DNA of 64,000 nucleotides from a virus, in the IMG/VR virus record IMGVR_UViG_3300050029_000114, positions 22,052-86,051 of that record. One strand, 5' to 3'. Position 1 is the first letter of the stretch. Every line of letters starts with the position of its first letter. Under the pieces are notes generated by a model. It was not told the DNA's origin. It made no database searches and saw only the letters and a program-made list of their open reading frames with translations. Below are positions 42,805-52,364 of this stretch, one piece after another. Both the position numbers and the translations under genes were made by a program.

Positions 42805-45636
42805 CTAGGCGTGGACCGCCCGGCGATGCCCTACCTCCGCTACCTCCCCGGAGTCCGGGACCGCAAGTGGATCGTTGACCGTCCGGACGTGGGCGGCGGA
42901 CCCGCCGGTCGTCGTCGTTACCGCCCACGCGACCGGATCGGCCAGCGCGGAGAGGTCCGTCCCCGCGTAGACCGGATGGCGGGCCGGGACCGGCCCCTGC
43001 ACCTGGCGGCGCCCGCCGATAGCGTCCACCCATCCGAGGTCGAACCCGCCTAGAAGGTCCGTGACCGTGAACATGAGATAGCGGATAGCCGTGAACGGGT
43101 CGGAGAGGCCCTCCGCGTCGGTGAGCGTCCACACGACCGGGGAGTACTGGAAGATTTCGGCTAGCTCCTCCGCGTCCGTGATCGTCCGGCCGAGCACAAG
43201 CCCGGCCGTCTCCGCGTCCGTCAGCCCGGCCGGGTCTATCAGCGCCCGGACGTAGCTCTGACCGGTGACCTTCGGGTCCGTCAGCCCGGCTGCGTCGAGC
43301 ATGGCCCGGGCGAACTGGCGCGCCGTCGCGTCCGCGATCCCGGCGGGGTCGGTTACCGTCCTGCCGAAGTTGCTCACCCGGCTCGTCGCGTCCGTCAGCC
43401 CGGCGGGGTCCGCGATCACCCGGCGGCTAGCCTCCAGCCGCGAGGACGGATCGGTCAGACCGGCGGAGTCCGTGATCGTGCGGGCCAGGTTCCGGGCGGC
43501 CGGGTCCGTCAGGCCGAGGGCGTCCGTGGCGGACCGTACATAAGTAGCAGCCCGGGCGGCCGGGTCCGTCAGGCCGAGGGCGTCCGTGGCCGGGCGGCCG
43601 AATCCTTCCGCCCTGCTCGTAGAGTCCGTCAGCCCTAGAGCGTCAGTCGGCGACTTCATTATCGCCACGACGGCGACCTTCGGGTCCGTCAGCCCTTCAG
43701 CCTCAGTAACGCTCCGGACCGACGCCTCCGCGCGCCCGGCTGCGTCCGTCAGCCCGGCCGGGTCCGTGATCGTGACAGCCAGCGCGCGGACCTCACTGTC
43801 GCTGATCCCCTCCGGGTCGCTCACCGGCCGGGTAAGACTCCGAGGCTGGCTATCCGATAATCCCGCCGCGTCGGCTGTGAGGACCCTAGAGAGGCCCCTC
43901 GTCTGACTGTCGGTGAGTCCTGCGGCCTCCGTCGCCAGTACGCGAGCTATGGCCCGGGACTCCGTATCCGTTAGGCCCTCTACGTCGGCCAGCGCGCGGG
44001 CTACCGCCCGGATGAGGGCGTCCGTCAACCCTTCCGTATCGGTTGGCGCCCGGAGGGATGCGACGGCCCGGCCCAGCGGGTCCGTCAGCCCAACTAGGTC
44101 GGTAATCGTTCGGACTACGGCCCTAGTCTCCGCGTCCGTCAGCCCGGCTAGATCAGTCAGCGAGCGGCCTACCGCCCGAGTGAGGGCATCTACGAGGCCC
44201 TCCGTCTCCGTCAGCGTCCGGGTTAGAGCGTCAGCGCGCGGGTCGGTCAGTCCCTCCGCCTCGGTCGCGAGGGTCCGGCTCAACGTCCGAGGCTGGGTAT
44301 CCGTCAGCCCGCACGCGTCCGTGACCGTCCGGCTCCACGCCGTCCCGCCCGGCGTGAAGGTCTGGACTATCGCGTCGGTCAGCCCTTCCGCTTCCGTCGC
44401 CAGGGTACGGTCGAGGGTCCGCGGAACGGAGTCCGTCAGGCCCTCCGCCTCAGTGAGCGCCCGGGAGAGCGTGTCCGCCCGGGAGTCCGTCAGACCCTCC
44501 GCGTCCGTGAACGTCTGCTTGTAGGCGGCGGCCTGCGTGACCGGGTCGGTCAGTCCCTCCGCCTCCGCCGTGAGCGTCGGGGAGAGCGTGCCCGGCGCCC
44601 GGAAAAACCAGCCGGTGTTCCGGGCTGTGTCCACAGAGTTGGCCCCGGCGTACCAGCTAGCTCCGCCGGTCGCGGTCGAGTCGGTCAGGTCCAGAAAGTT
44701 GACGGATACCGACCCGGACGCCTTCGAGAGCGTCCACGCCGTGCTAGGGGTAGAGGAGACGAACGTGAACACCTTGCCAGTGATAGCGGCAGAGGAGAAC
44801 GTGGTCACCGTCCACGTCGAGCTAGCGCCCATCGTGTAGGTCTTGGCGTTCGCCGTCCCCTGAAATGAGAGGGTTCCGAACGTGCCGCCACCGAGGAGGT
44901 TCATCCCGGAGCCGGTCTGTGTCCACTGGATATTGAGAGTCCCGATGGACAGGGAGGAGGCGCCCTGCCACGTTCTCGCCCCGGCAGCCGCGCTCGTAAG
45001 GTTGAAGGTCGCGGACGCCCCGGAGAACGTCAGACCGGTGACGTTCGTCGCGTCGAAACAGGTTCCGGACGCAGCGAGGTTGAAGGTTGCCGCTCCCAGC
45101 GTCACGACCCGGGTCGATCCTCCGGTGATCGCGAAGGAGCCGATCGAATAGGTCAGCCCGTTGTAGTCCACGTCCCCGAGGGAATGGGTAAGAGTGGTCG
45201 ACGAGCTACCAGTCAGCCCGTGGTTCACGAACTGGTATTTGCCGTTGGTGCTCGTGGAGAACGTGACGTTACCGGTGGTCTGCCCGCCGAAATCGATCGT
45301 TAGCCGGGTCGCTGACACGGTGGACTTAAACGTCCATGCCGAAGTCGTCGCGTTGCTGAGCGTGTACGTCCACCCGGAAGTCGGGAACTTCAGTGCAAGC
45401 GTACCGTTGGCGGTGCTCGTCCCGACCTGAATGTTGAACGCGCCGTGCGTGAACGTGTTCGTGTAGCCCGTCAGATCGATCGACCGGCACGACGAGGTAG
45501 AAGTCACGCTGATCGACCCGGATGTGGCGGTCGCGACCACATCGTCGGAGGCGGTCGGGACGGCTGCCTCTACCCAGGTGGCGGTATCAGACCAGGCCCG
45601 GGTTCCTCCGGAGTTACTGATCGTCCGGGTCGCCAC
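42805..45636 (-). CDS. virion protein with TD(A/P)xGLTD repeats (paralog 2)
   Basis: N-terminus closely matches 26826-29090 (CRSIDLTGYT, GTSTANGTLAL, WTLSKASG); longer repeat tract; TACCCT 6 nt before GTG. Confidence 0.75.
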   Translation of the reverse strand: MATRTISNSGGTRAWSDTATWVEAAVPTASDDVVATATSGSISVTSTSSCRSIDLTGYTNTFTHGAFNIQVGTSTANGTLALKFPTSGWTYTLSNATTSAWTFKSTVSATRLTIDFGGQTTGNVTFSTSTNGKYQFVNHGLTGSSSTTLTHSLGDVDYNGLTYSIGSFAITGGSTRVVTLGAATFNLAASGTCFDATNVTGLTFSGASATFNLTSAAAGARTWQGASSLSIGTLNIQWTQTGSGMNLLGGGTFGTLSFQGTANAKTYTMGASSTWTVTTFSSAAITGKVFTFVSSTPSTAWTLSKASGSVSVNFLDLTDSTATGGASWYAGANSVDTARNTGWFFRAPGTLSPTLTAEAEGLTDPVTQAAAYKQTFTDAEGLTDSRADTLSRALTEAEGLTDSVPRTLDRTLATEAEGLTDAIVQTFTPGGTAWSRTVTDACGLTDTQPRTLSRTLATEAEGLTDPRADALTRTLTETEGLVDALTRAVGRSLTDLAGLTDAETRAVVRTITDLVGLTDPLGRAVASLRAPTDTEGLTDALIRAVARALADVEGLTDTESRAIARVLATEAAGLTDSQTRGLSRVLTADAAGLSDSQPRSLTRPVSDPEGISDSEVRALAVTITDPAGLTDAAGRAEASVRSVTEAEGLTDPKVAVVAIMKSPTDALGLTDSTSRAEGFGRPATDALGLTDPAARAATYVRSATDALGLTDPAARNLARTITDSAGLTDPSSRLEASRRVIADPAGLTDATSRVSNFGRTVTDPAGIADATARQFARAMLDAAGLTDPKVTGQSYVRALIDPAGLTDAETAGLVLGRTITDAEELAEIFQYSPVVWTLTDAEGLSDPFTAIRYLMFTVTDLLGGFDLGWVDAIGGRRQVQGPVPARHPVYAGTDLSALADPVAWAVTTTTGGSAAHVRTVNDPLAVPDSGEVAEVGHRRAVHA

Positions 45637-45747
45637 GCCCCGAGGGTATCTGCCCGACCGTCAGACGCGAGGGGACCCCGGCCTAGGACCGGGGCCTCCT
45701 CTATCGAGCGGGACCCGGAGGTCCCTCTATGGGTGTATGGATGGCCG

Positions 45748-45822
45748 CTAGACGCGGCGGGCGAGGTAGATGATCAGGAGGATTACCAGGATCAGGATGA
45801 CGGTCCCGAGGCCGATATACAC
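45748..45822 (-). CDS. 24-aa single-pass membrane microprotein
   Basis: MYIGLGTVILILVILLIIYLARRV*. Confidence 0.55.
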   Translation of the reverse strand: MYIGLGTVILILVILLIIYLARRV

Positions 45823-45831
45823 GACCGGCCC

Positions 45832-46026
45832 CTACAGGAGCGTGGCGGCGGTGAGGAGGAACCCGCCGACGCCTAGCCAGCCGATGGCGTCGACCGCTTC
45901 CCGCGCCTTCGCTCCGATCACGCCGAACGCGAGGAGAACCGCCACGGCGAACGCGACGCAGGCGAGGACGAGGACGATAACCCGGAGTAGCCCTCGCTCC
46001 CGGGCGTAGCTCCTAGGGGCGACCAT
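45832..46026 (-). CDS. small two-TM membrane protein
   Basis: VIVLVLACVAFAVAVLLAFGVI and IGWLGVGGFLLTAATLL. Confidence 0.6.
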   Translation of the reverse strand: MVAPRSYARERGLLRVIVLVLACVAFAVAVLLAFGVIGAKAREAVDAIGWLGVGGFLLTAATLL

Positions 46027-46724
46027 CAGGCGACCGTGAACACTTCTCCGGCAGCGGCGCCCGGGTCGACCGTGAACGCGACCGGCGCGGGCGCCGGGAT
46101 CGGATTCCCGTCCGGACCGTTGACCGGATTCCCGGCGGAATCGACCGGGGCGTCAACGGAGGCGTTCCCGCTTCCCGCCTTCAACGGCGTGAGCGTTCCC
46201 GTCCAGACGGTATGCCCGGCGGCGTCCGTCGATTCGGTGGCGGCGCCGACCGTGACGAGCGTGGTGTCGTCCACGGTCACGACCGGGGCGGCCAGATCGG
46301 CAGGAGAGTCCGTCTCCTCACCCAGGCGGTCGGAGAAATCGACCGTGTAGGTGCCGGTTCCATCGATGTTGAACGTACCCATAGCTGTGTCTCCTCTGAT
46401 CGTTAGCCTGACGGCTGCCGCCGGGCCGGGTGCGGGGGGTTCGAGTTGCGCCAGAATCCTATCCAACCGGGACAGAGTTTCAGCGAACCCGTTGGTGACG
46501 GTTGCTGTCGCCTCGGTGATGGCAGCCGTGGTGGCCCCCATCGCTTCGACTACGGCTGCCGCTGCGGCCTGTATGGCGGCCACGACTGGAGTGTCGTCGT
46601 CGTCATGGTCAGCCTTGATCGCCGCAAGAATCTCGGCGAGCAACGTGTTCGTGGTCGGCGGTCTGGCCAGCACCCAGGCGGCCGCGGCCAGGTACTCGTC
46701 CTGCGAATGGTCGCCCACGCTCAC
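46026..46724 (-). CDS. hypothetical protein with C-terminal Ig-like domain; possible internal start at 46382
   Basis: TACAGT 6 nt before GTG 46724; in-frame GAGGAG-N7-ATG at 46382. Confidence 0.6.
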   Translation of the reverse strand: MSVGDHSQDEYLAAAAWVLARPPTTNTLLAEILAAIKADHDDDDTPVVAAIQAAAAAVVEAMGATTAAITEATATVTNGFAETLSRLDRILAQLEPPAPGPAAAVRLTIRGDTAMGTFNIDGTGTYTVDFSDRLGEETDSPADLAAPVVTVDDTTLVTVGAATESTDAAGHTVWTGTLTPLKAGSGNASVDAPVDSAGNPVNGPDGNPIPAPAPVAFTVDPGAAAGEVFTVA

Positions 46725-46740
46725 GCCCTGACTGTACCCG

Positions 46741-46917
46741 CTAGACCTTCGAAGTAGTCGCCATGGCTGCGGCTCGGGCCACGGCCGCCTGGGTGCTGGC
46801 CTCCGTGACCTTCGCACCCTTCCCGGGCGCCGGACGCCCTTTCTGCGCGGCGTGGATCAGGCGGGCGTTCGTGCGGGCCTGCTGGATGCGTTCAACGATC
46901 CGGTCGGCCTGGCTCAT
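46741..46917 (-). CDS. small basic protein
   Basis: ATGA-coupled to the portal stop; MSQADRIVERIQQARTN... Confidence 0.55.
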   Translation of the reverse strand: MSQADRIVERIQQARTNARLIHAAQKGRPAPGKGAKVTEASTQAAVARAAAMATTSKV

Positions 46918-49900
46918 ACAAGTCCTCCCTGGCGGGCGATCCGCAAGATAGTCCGGTAGAGGGCGTCGGCGCTCATCGGGTTATGCGGGTCGTCGATCCC
47001 CGGTGGCACCAACTGGTCGAGTCGGCGCATCGCGGCCTGCTCCTCGGTCCGGTACATCGGCCCCCACTCGTCCTGGCTTTCGCCCGTGAACCTGGCGACC
47101 TCGGCCTCCAAGCTCGTAACCTCCTGCACGTAGTCGGCCTCGGTCATTTCCCATGCTGGGGTGCCGCCACGCTCGGCGGCGCTCAGGATCATGCGGGCCT
47201 CGTCGGCCTGGGCGGTCGCCTCGACGCGGGCTATCTCGGCGGCCGCCTCGGCCCGGTTCGCCATGATCGAGTTCAAGTCGTACGGGGAATCGATGAGGCT
47301 GTTCACGTTGAGCCCGCCATACCGGGTCGTGTCGACGATGGCCCGGCCGTTGCTCAGGGTGTTCGCCGCGTCGATGATGCGTGTCTCGGTGAGCCATATC
47401 TGCATGGCTTCGTCGGTCGTCAACTCGCGGCCCAGCAGCCGCGACAGGCTGGCGGCTATCTCGTCGGGGCTCAACGCCGTCGAATCCCCCGCCAACGCAA
47501 ACCAGTTTTGGGTCAGCCGGGATGTTTCCTTGTCGGTCAGCGCGTCGTACCAGTCGGCGTTGTACCCGCCCGGCCTCACGTACTCGCCGTTCACGAGTAC
47601 CGACTGCGGGGGCCGCTGCACCATGCCCTTGTCGGCCTCGGCGTTCTGCAACAGCGACGTGTGCTCGTCCCTGATCCCGCCCAAGATGTCCCTCAACTCG
47701 GAACGGATCGCGTCGACCTCGCCCTTCGCCCACGCTTCAAGCTCGGCCGTGACTTCGCCGTCGGCCTGCGCGAAACCAAGCAAGTCGGCGAGAGCTCCAG
47801 GGTCGAGAGTGCTCGCCGTCCCGGTGTCCGCCATGCTCGTGCCCTCGTCAACGGCGGCGCCCTGGTCAACGAGGTCGCCGTTCTCGTCGACCACCGGGCT
47901 CGGTTCGCCGTTCGTGTCGATGATCACGGGCGCCATGTCGCATGTGCAGCCGTCGTGGTCGCCCGGGAAGAAGAAGTCTGTTTCCGGCCAACCCTCATTG
48001 TTCGCCAACACGTCGTCGTCGAAGTTCACGAACGTCACGCCGTCGAGGGACTGGTGCGGCTCGAATGGCCGCTCGGCGCCACCCCACTGCCACTCGTATC
48101 CGTCGATGCCGCCACCGGCCGCGTCGACGACGCCCATCATCGCCTCGCCCGTCGCCACTCCGCCCAGCGGGTTCCCGCCCGCGTCGGTGACCGGTTGGCC
48201 GTTCCCGCCTTGCGGGTCGGCACCACCGGCTATCCCCATCGATTCGCGCACCAGCGACGAAGGGATCGTGATCGAAGGGTCGGCTTCGCCCAAGCCTGGC
48301 GCCCCGGCGGTCGGGTCGTACAGGCGTTGCCCGGCTAGGGCGGTCAACGAGTCCGTCAGGTTCGTGACGGCGGCGTCGGTCGCGGCCTGGGCTCCTGCCA
48401 TCAGATCGTCGACAGCGGTTTGCGGTGGGGCTCCCAGCCCGGCCTCGATGGCGGTCAACGCCTGGGAGCGGGCCAGGTCGATCCACGCCCCGGTGTCCTC
48501 GGCGAGTCCGTCGAACGCCCCGGCCAGCGGGTCGTCGACTCCGGCCGCGGCAACTAGCTCCGGGCCGCATGTCACCGTCACGAGCCGATTCGGCTTGTCC
48601 TTGATCAACGCTGCGATCAGAGTTTTCTCGCCACCCTTCGCCCGGTGGGTCGCTGCCCGTATCTTCGCTCCGGCGCGCTCCAGGGCCCGGCGCATCGCCA
48701 CGTCCGACTCGATCAGGATGCGGTGCCGTAGCTGGCGGTCTATCTCCGTGAGGCGGGCCCCGACGTTGGTTGCCACTCCGGCGGCCTGGAACGCCTTAGC
48801 GAGCCCTGTGGGGGCCTCTCCTGCCCGAATCTCGGCCCCGGCCGGGGCCGTGTGTGCGGCTGCTGCGGGTGGGGTTGGGGCCGCGGCCGGGGCGGGCGGC
48901 GGGGCGGGCGGCGGGCTGCCTGGGCCCGGTATCGGCATGGCCGGGCCCTGCACGGGTGGCACGTTCGATCCTGGCATCTCGACGATGCCGGACTGAGGGG
49001 CCGGGACGAGAACGCCGGGGAACAGCCCGGTCCTTGCTAGAAGCTGGGAGAACAGGAACGGGTCCATGCGCGGCGAGTTGAGCATCAAGCGGAGAAGTTT
49101 CTCGTCGTCGTCGGGTGCGTCGTCCTCCCTGTACCCGACGTATCGGCGGCGGGCCTCCTCGCTGATCACGCCGTCGCTGAACGCCTGCTGGGCGTTCTCA
49201 GCCTGGTCCGGATGGACGATCAGGGCGGTCGCGTCGAACCACACGAAGATCGTCCGGGCGACCGCGGGGTCTACACCGGCCTCGATGAGCGCGCCCTGGA
49301 AGTATCCGGCCGTCAGGGCGTCGCACACGAGGATCGCCCTGGGCTCGATGTGGCTGTCGAACTCCTCCTCCTTGATGGTGGCGGCGTTCGCGAACGTCGT
49401 GTTCATCATCCCGAGCGTGACCTCGACGGGCATGTTCAACCCTCGGGCGATCCGCAATATCCGCTGGTCTATCTCCGCCGCCAAGATCGGGTCGCGGGGC
49501 CGGGAGAGGATCAGGTGCCGAACCTCTTTCAGCACTTCAGCCGGGCCCCGGATCACCACCGGCACGACGGCGGCGGCGCTGCCTTCCTCCTGTATCGGCG
49601 TGATCATCGACTCGGCAAGGTCGGCCGAGAACGGATCTTCCGTCTCCTCGCCATCGCCACCGTCGCGGGTCGGGTCGGCGCTCCCGAAGCTCAGTTCGCT
49701 CGGCACGAGCAGGATGCCGCTACTTAGCCGGGACTTGGCCCCGGCCCGAACCTCCCGGGACAGCAGCAGCAGCGCCTCGCACTCGCTGAGCACGCCCCGC
49801 ATCGCGCACGTCGCCAACGCCGAGATACGCGGGTGGCGCTCCCACATGCGGATCACCACGTCGTCGGCCGGTACCGGCGTGCCGCCCTGGCTGTTCCCCA

Positions 49901-51605
49901 GCCCGTCCCGCACGATGTACTCGTCGCCCACGACGGTCAGTTCGTCCACCGACCGTATCTGCCACTCCTCGTCTCCGGTGTCGGCGTCCTCGTGGCCGTG
50001 CAGGTAGCACTCGGCGGCGACCTCGAAGTTGAGGCTCATCTCCCGCACCAACGCGCTCTGACCGCCCTCGGTCGACCGCAACCGGGCGAGGGTCGCCATC
50101 GCTATCTTCGCCACCGTCGCATCGACGTTCGCCTCGTCGCTGTCGACCGCGATCGGCGCCTGCTCGGGGTCCGGCTGCACCGCGGCGTACAGGCGCAGCT
50201 TCGACATCAGGTTCGCCAGGAAGCTCGTCGAGTTGCCGGTGTAGTAGACGGTCCCGTTGCGGCGGGCCAGCCAGGTTCCGTTCGCTGTCGTCGGGCACCA
50301 AATCGTCCCGGTGTAAGTGGTCCGGGTGAGGGAGCAGTTGCGGAGCCCGACTGTCACCTTGCGCTTGATGGTCAGGAGCGAGCGGTCCTCGGTTCGGTCG
50401 CGCCGAATCTGTGGAAGGCGACCACTCAGGATGCAGGCCAACGCCACGGGCTCTAACCATCGGCTGTTCTTTTGGCCGATGATCGTCGTGCCGTCCGGCT
50501 TGACGTGGCCGTCCGCGGCTATCGAAGTTGCTATGAACAGTTCAAGCTGGGCAGCGGTTAATGCGAGGATGAACCCGTCGGCTACCTGCTTGCCCGGCGC
50601 CACTGAAAGCAGCAGGGCGGACGCTGCGAGGTTCATCTTGAAATGCGAGATGGTCGAGTTAGGCGGCCGGTACTCACGCCATGCGGGCTCCGGGTTAGTC
50701 GTCCTGCCCGCGCCTAGTGACTCGGCCTCTGGCCCGATGAGCGCGGTGAGCGCCGCCCGGATGCGGGCCACGTTCTCGGGGTACGCGCTGTGCGACTGGT
50801 AGATAACGGCACGGCGCCGGTTGATCGTCCCCTCAGTCCAGAACCATGCCACTAGTTCGACCAGCGCATCCGACCATTTCGGGTCGGTCGGCAAGTCTGC
50901 GCTCGGCGCTGCTGTGAGCAGGCGGAACGGATGGTGGCCGCCCACCTTGCATCGGTCGCCGATGCTGGCTAGCTCCTCTGACGTTGCCCAGCCAGTCAGC
51001 CAATGCCTAGGGCCCGCGCTATCCCGCTGGCGCTCGGTCGGCCAGCGGTGCCCGAGGCTCGACAGCGAAGAATGGTCCCGGCCCTCCACCGACAACATCG
51101 GCTCATCGGCAACCTCAAACCGGTTGACCGCCTCGACCGGCTGCCACTCGCTCAACCCGGTCGCCGTGTTCAACGTCAGCGCCCGGTCGCCCTCCTCTAC
51201 CTCATCGACCGACAACCAACCCCGTGTCGTGAGGATTTCGGACATACGGTCCAAACAGTAATGAACTTCACCAATTTCATCGAAGTAGTCCCATGCCTCG
51301 CTCTGCCAGGTTTGGCGGCGGCGGCGGGCCCCGGCGACGGCCCTGCGGTCGTGTAGGTCGACTCGTGCCGCGCTGGCGATCAGGGCCGGTTGGGTGTTCG
51401 TCCGGCGCCCGAATGTGTGCGCTTTCGCCGGGAGGACCGCGTCCGGCGTGACGGTGCCCTGCGTGGCCCGCTTGCTCTTGCTCCTCGCCACCGACCTGCC
51501 CGGTTCGGGTTCGGTCGGCGGCGGGCTCGCCGCTGTCACCGCGTCAGTGCCTAGGTGCTCCTCCCGGCGTCGCCGCTCGCTCGGTGTCTCCCGCGCCCCG
51601 GCCAT
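46914..51605 (-). CDS. portal protein fused to MuF-like domain and C-terminal extension, intein-containing
   Basis: WQSEAWDYFDEIGEVHY, GILLVPSEL, SAAAVVPVVIRGP, RIARGLNMPVE, VWFDAT.L..PD; MuF-like YEWQWG...H..LDG...PGDHDGCTC; start MAGARETP. Confidence 0.85.
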   Translation of the reverse strand: MAGARETPSERRRREEHLGTDAVTAASPPPTEPEPGRSVARSKSKRATQGTVTPDAVLPAKAHTFGRRTNTQPALIASAARVDLHDRRAVAGARRRRQTWQSEAWDYFDEIGEVHYCLDRMSEILTTRGWLSVDEVEEGDRALTLNTATGLSEWQPVEAVNRFEVADEPMLSVEGRDHSSLSSLGHRWPTERQRDSAGPRHWLTGWATSEELASIGDRCKVGGHHPFRLLTAAPSADLPTDPKWSDALVELVAWFWTEGTINRRRAVIYQSHSAYPENVARIRAALTALIGPEAESLGAGRTTNPEPAWREYRPPNSTISHFKMNLAASALLLSVAPGKQVADGFILALTAAQLELFIATSIAADGHVKPDGTTIIGQKNSRWLEPVALACILSGRLPQIRRDRTEDRSLLTIKRKVTVGLRNCSLTRTTYTGTIWCPTTANGTWLARRNGTVYYTGNSTSFLANLMSKLRLYAAVQPDPEQAPIAVDSDEANVDATVAKIAMATLARLRSTEGGQSALVREMSLNFEVAAECYLHGHEDADTGDEEWQIRSVDELTVVGDEYIVRDGLGNSQGGTPVPADDVVIRMWERHPRISALATCAMRGVLSECEALLLLSREVRAGAKSRLSSGILLVPSELSFGSADPTRDGGDGEETEDPFSADLAESMITPIQEEGSAAAVVPVVIRGPAEVLKEVRHLILSRPRDPILAAEIDQRILRIARGLNMPVEVTLGMMNTTFANAATIKEEEFDSHIEPRAILVCDALTAGYFQGALIEAGVDPAVARTIFVWFDATALIVHPDQAENAQQAFSDGVISEEARRRYVGYREDDAPDDDEKLLRLMLNSPRMDPFLFSQLLARTGLFPGVLVPAPQSGIVEMPGSNVPPVQGPAMPIPGPGSPPPAPPPAPAAAPTPPAAAAHTAPAGAEIRAGEAPTGLAKAFQAAGVATNVGARLTEIDRQLRHRILIESDVAMRRALERAGAKIRAATHRAKGGEKTLIAALIKDKPNRLVTVTCGPELVAAAGVDDPLAGAFDGLAEDTGAWIDLARSQALTAIEAGLGAPPQTAVDDLMAGAQAATDAAVTNLTDSLTALAGQRLYDPTAGAPGLGEADPSITIPSSLVRESMGIAGGADPQGGNGQPVTDAGGNPLGGVATGEAMMGVVDAAGGGIDGYEWQWGGAERPFEPHQSLDGVTFVNFDDDVLANNEGWPETDFFFPGDHDGCTCDMAPVIIDTNGEPSPVVDENGDLVDQGAAVDEGTSMADTGTASTLDPGALADLLGFAQADGEVTAELEAWAKGEVDAIRSELRDILGGIRDEHTSLLQNAEADKGMVQRPPQSVLVNGEYVRPGGYNADWYDALTDKETSRLTQNWFALAGDSTALSPDEIAASLSRLLGRELTTDEAMQIWLTETRIIDAANTLSNGRAIVDTTRYGGLNVNSLIDSPYDLNSIMANRAEAAAEIARVEATAQADEARMILSAAERGGTPAWEMTEADYVQEVTSLEAEVARFTGESQDEWGPMYRTEEQAAMRRLDQLVPPGIDDPHNPMSADALYRTILRIARQGGLV
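50232..51257 (-). mobile_element. intein with LAGLIDADG homing endonuclease (342 aa)
   Basis: Y|CLDRMSEILTTRGW ... HRW ... ELVAWFWTEG ... FIATSIAADG ... IWCPTTANGTWLARRNG..YYTGN|S. Confidence 0.92.
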
Positions 51606-51967
51606 CAGCCCTCGATGTTCTTCTTCTCGATGTACCCGCCGACCGCGTGGATAGCGGAGTCGGCGGCGTTTATTAGCATCTGCACTCCGGCCACGGTCCA
51701 GAAGAACACTAGGTCGAACTTCATCGGCCATCGGGCCAGGTCTACTGCGTGGGCGATAAGCAGCATGGCTCCTGATACCCACGCGCCCATGCAGTACGGG
51801 CATTGCACCAGCCCGCCCAGCGGGTGTGACTGCGGCGGGAACCGGCGGAACCATCGCTCCCGAAGCGAGTCAAGCTGGTCGTCTGAGACGATGTAGCGGG
51901 TGATCCGGGCGGCGGCGAACGCCAACACGATCAGGGTGAGCGCGATCATCGGGTCCGGCTCCACCAT
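51605..51967 (-). CDS. DUF1360-like membrane protein
   Basis: ARITRYIVSDD...LRERW...LVQCPYCMGAWVS; just upstream of portal. Confidence 0.75.
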   Translation of the reverse strand: MVEPDPMIALTLIVLAFAAARITRYIVSDDQLDSLRERWFRRFPPQSHPLGGLVQCPYCMGAWVSGAMLLIAHAVDLARWPMKFDLVFFWTVAGVQMLINAADSAIHAVGGYIEKKNIEG

Positions 51968-52088
51968 GCCCTGACCCAGCACCCAGCACAACCCTTCCAT
52001 CGTCCTCGCCCTACCCATCGGTGGGTCGCGCATTCCTTCGGCCCGATGCCGGGCAGCGTCGGCTGGATAGCGTCGGGCGCTGTCGTAG

Positions 52089-52364
52089 TCATCGGGCTCG
52101 GCGTAGCTGTGCAGCGATCTGGCGGAGTGTCCGGTTGACTGTGCGGATCGTCACGCTCTGCGGTTTGCGGGCCTCTCGGCGGACTATGGCGGCTGCTCGG
52201 TCAAGTGTGGCCGCGTCGTCGGCCCGTTCGCTCATGTCGTAGGCCCGCCAGTCGGGGACGGGTTCTCCGAACAGCCGGTCGATGGGCACCGGCTCGAACG
52301 GTACCTCGCTGGGCCGCAGCCTCCGTCCGGTTCCGGGCACGATCCAGGCTCCGATCGCCGTCAC
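52089..52364 (-). CDS. hypothetical protein
   Basis: GTGA-coupled ORF. Confidence 0.55.
   Translation of the reverse strand: MTAIGAWIVPGTGRRLRPSEVPFEPVPIDRLFGEPVPDWRAYDMSERADDAATLDRAAAIVRREARKPQSVTIRTVNRTLRQIAAQLRRAR

Noticed and set aside
42805-44600. CRISPR-like periodic DNA repeats (also 26900-28100)
   Set aside because: Repeats are degenerate, in frame, encode TDxxGLTD peptides, lack unique spacers of fixed length, and no cas genes are present.
26826-45636. Diversity-generating retroelement between the paralogous repeat genes
   Set aside because: No reverse transcriptase in the window and no near-identical TR/VR pair differing at adenines was seen.
47161-48996. Long + strand ORFs (also 202-1203, 8129-9145, 11122-12312, 35616-36791)
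   Set aside because: Antisense shadows of well-supported - strand genes in high-GC DNA; low-complexity Ser/Arg/Pro products with no motifs.
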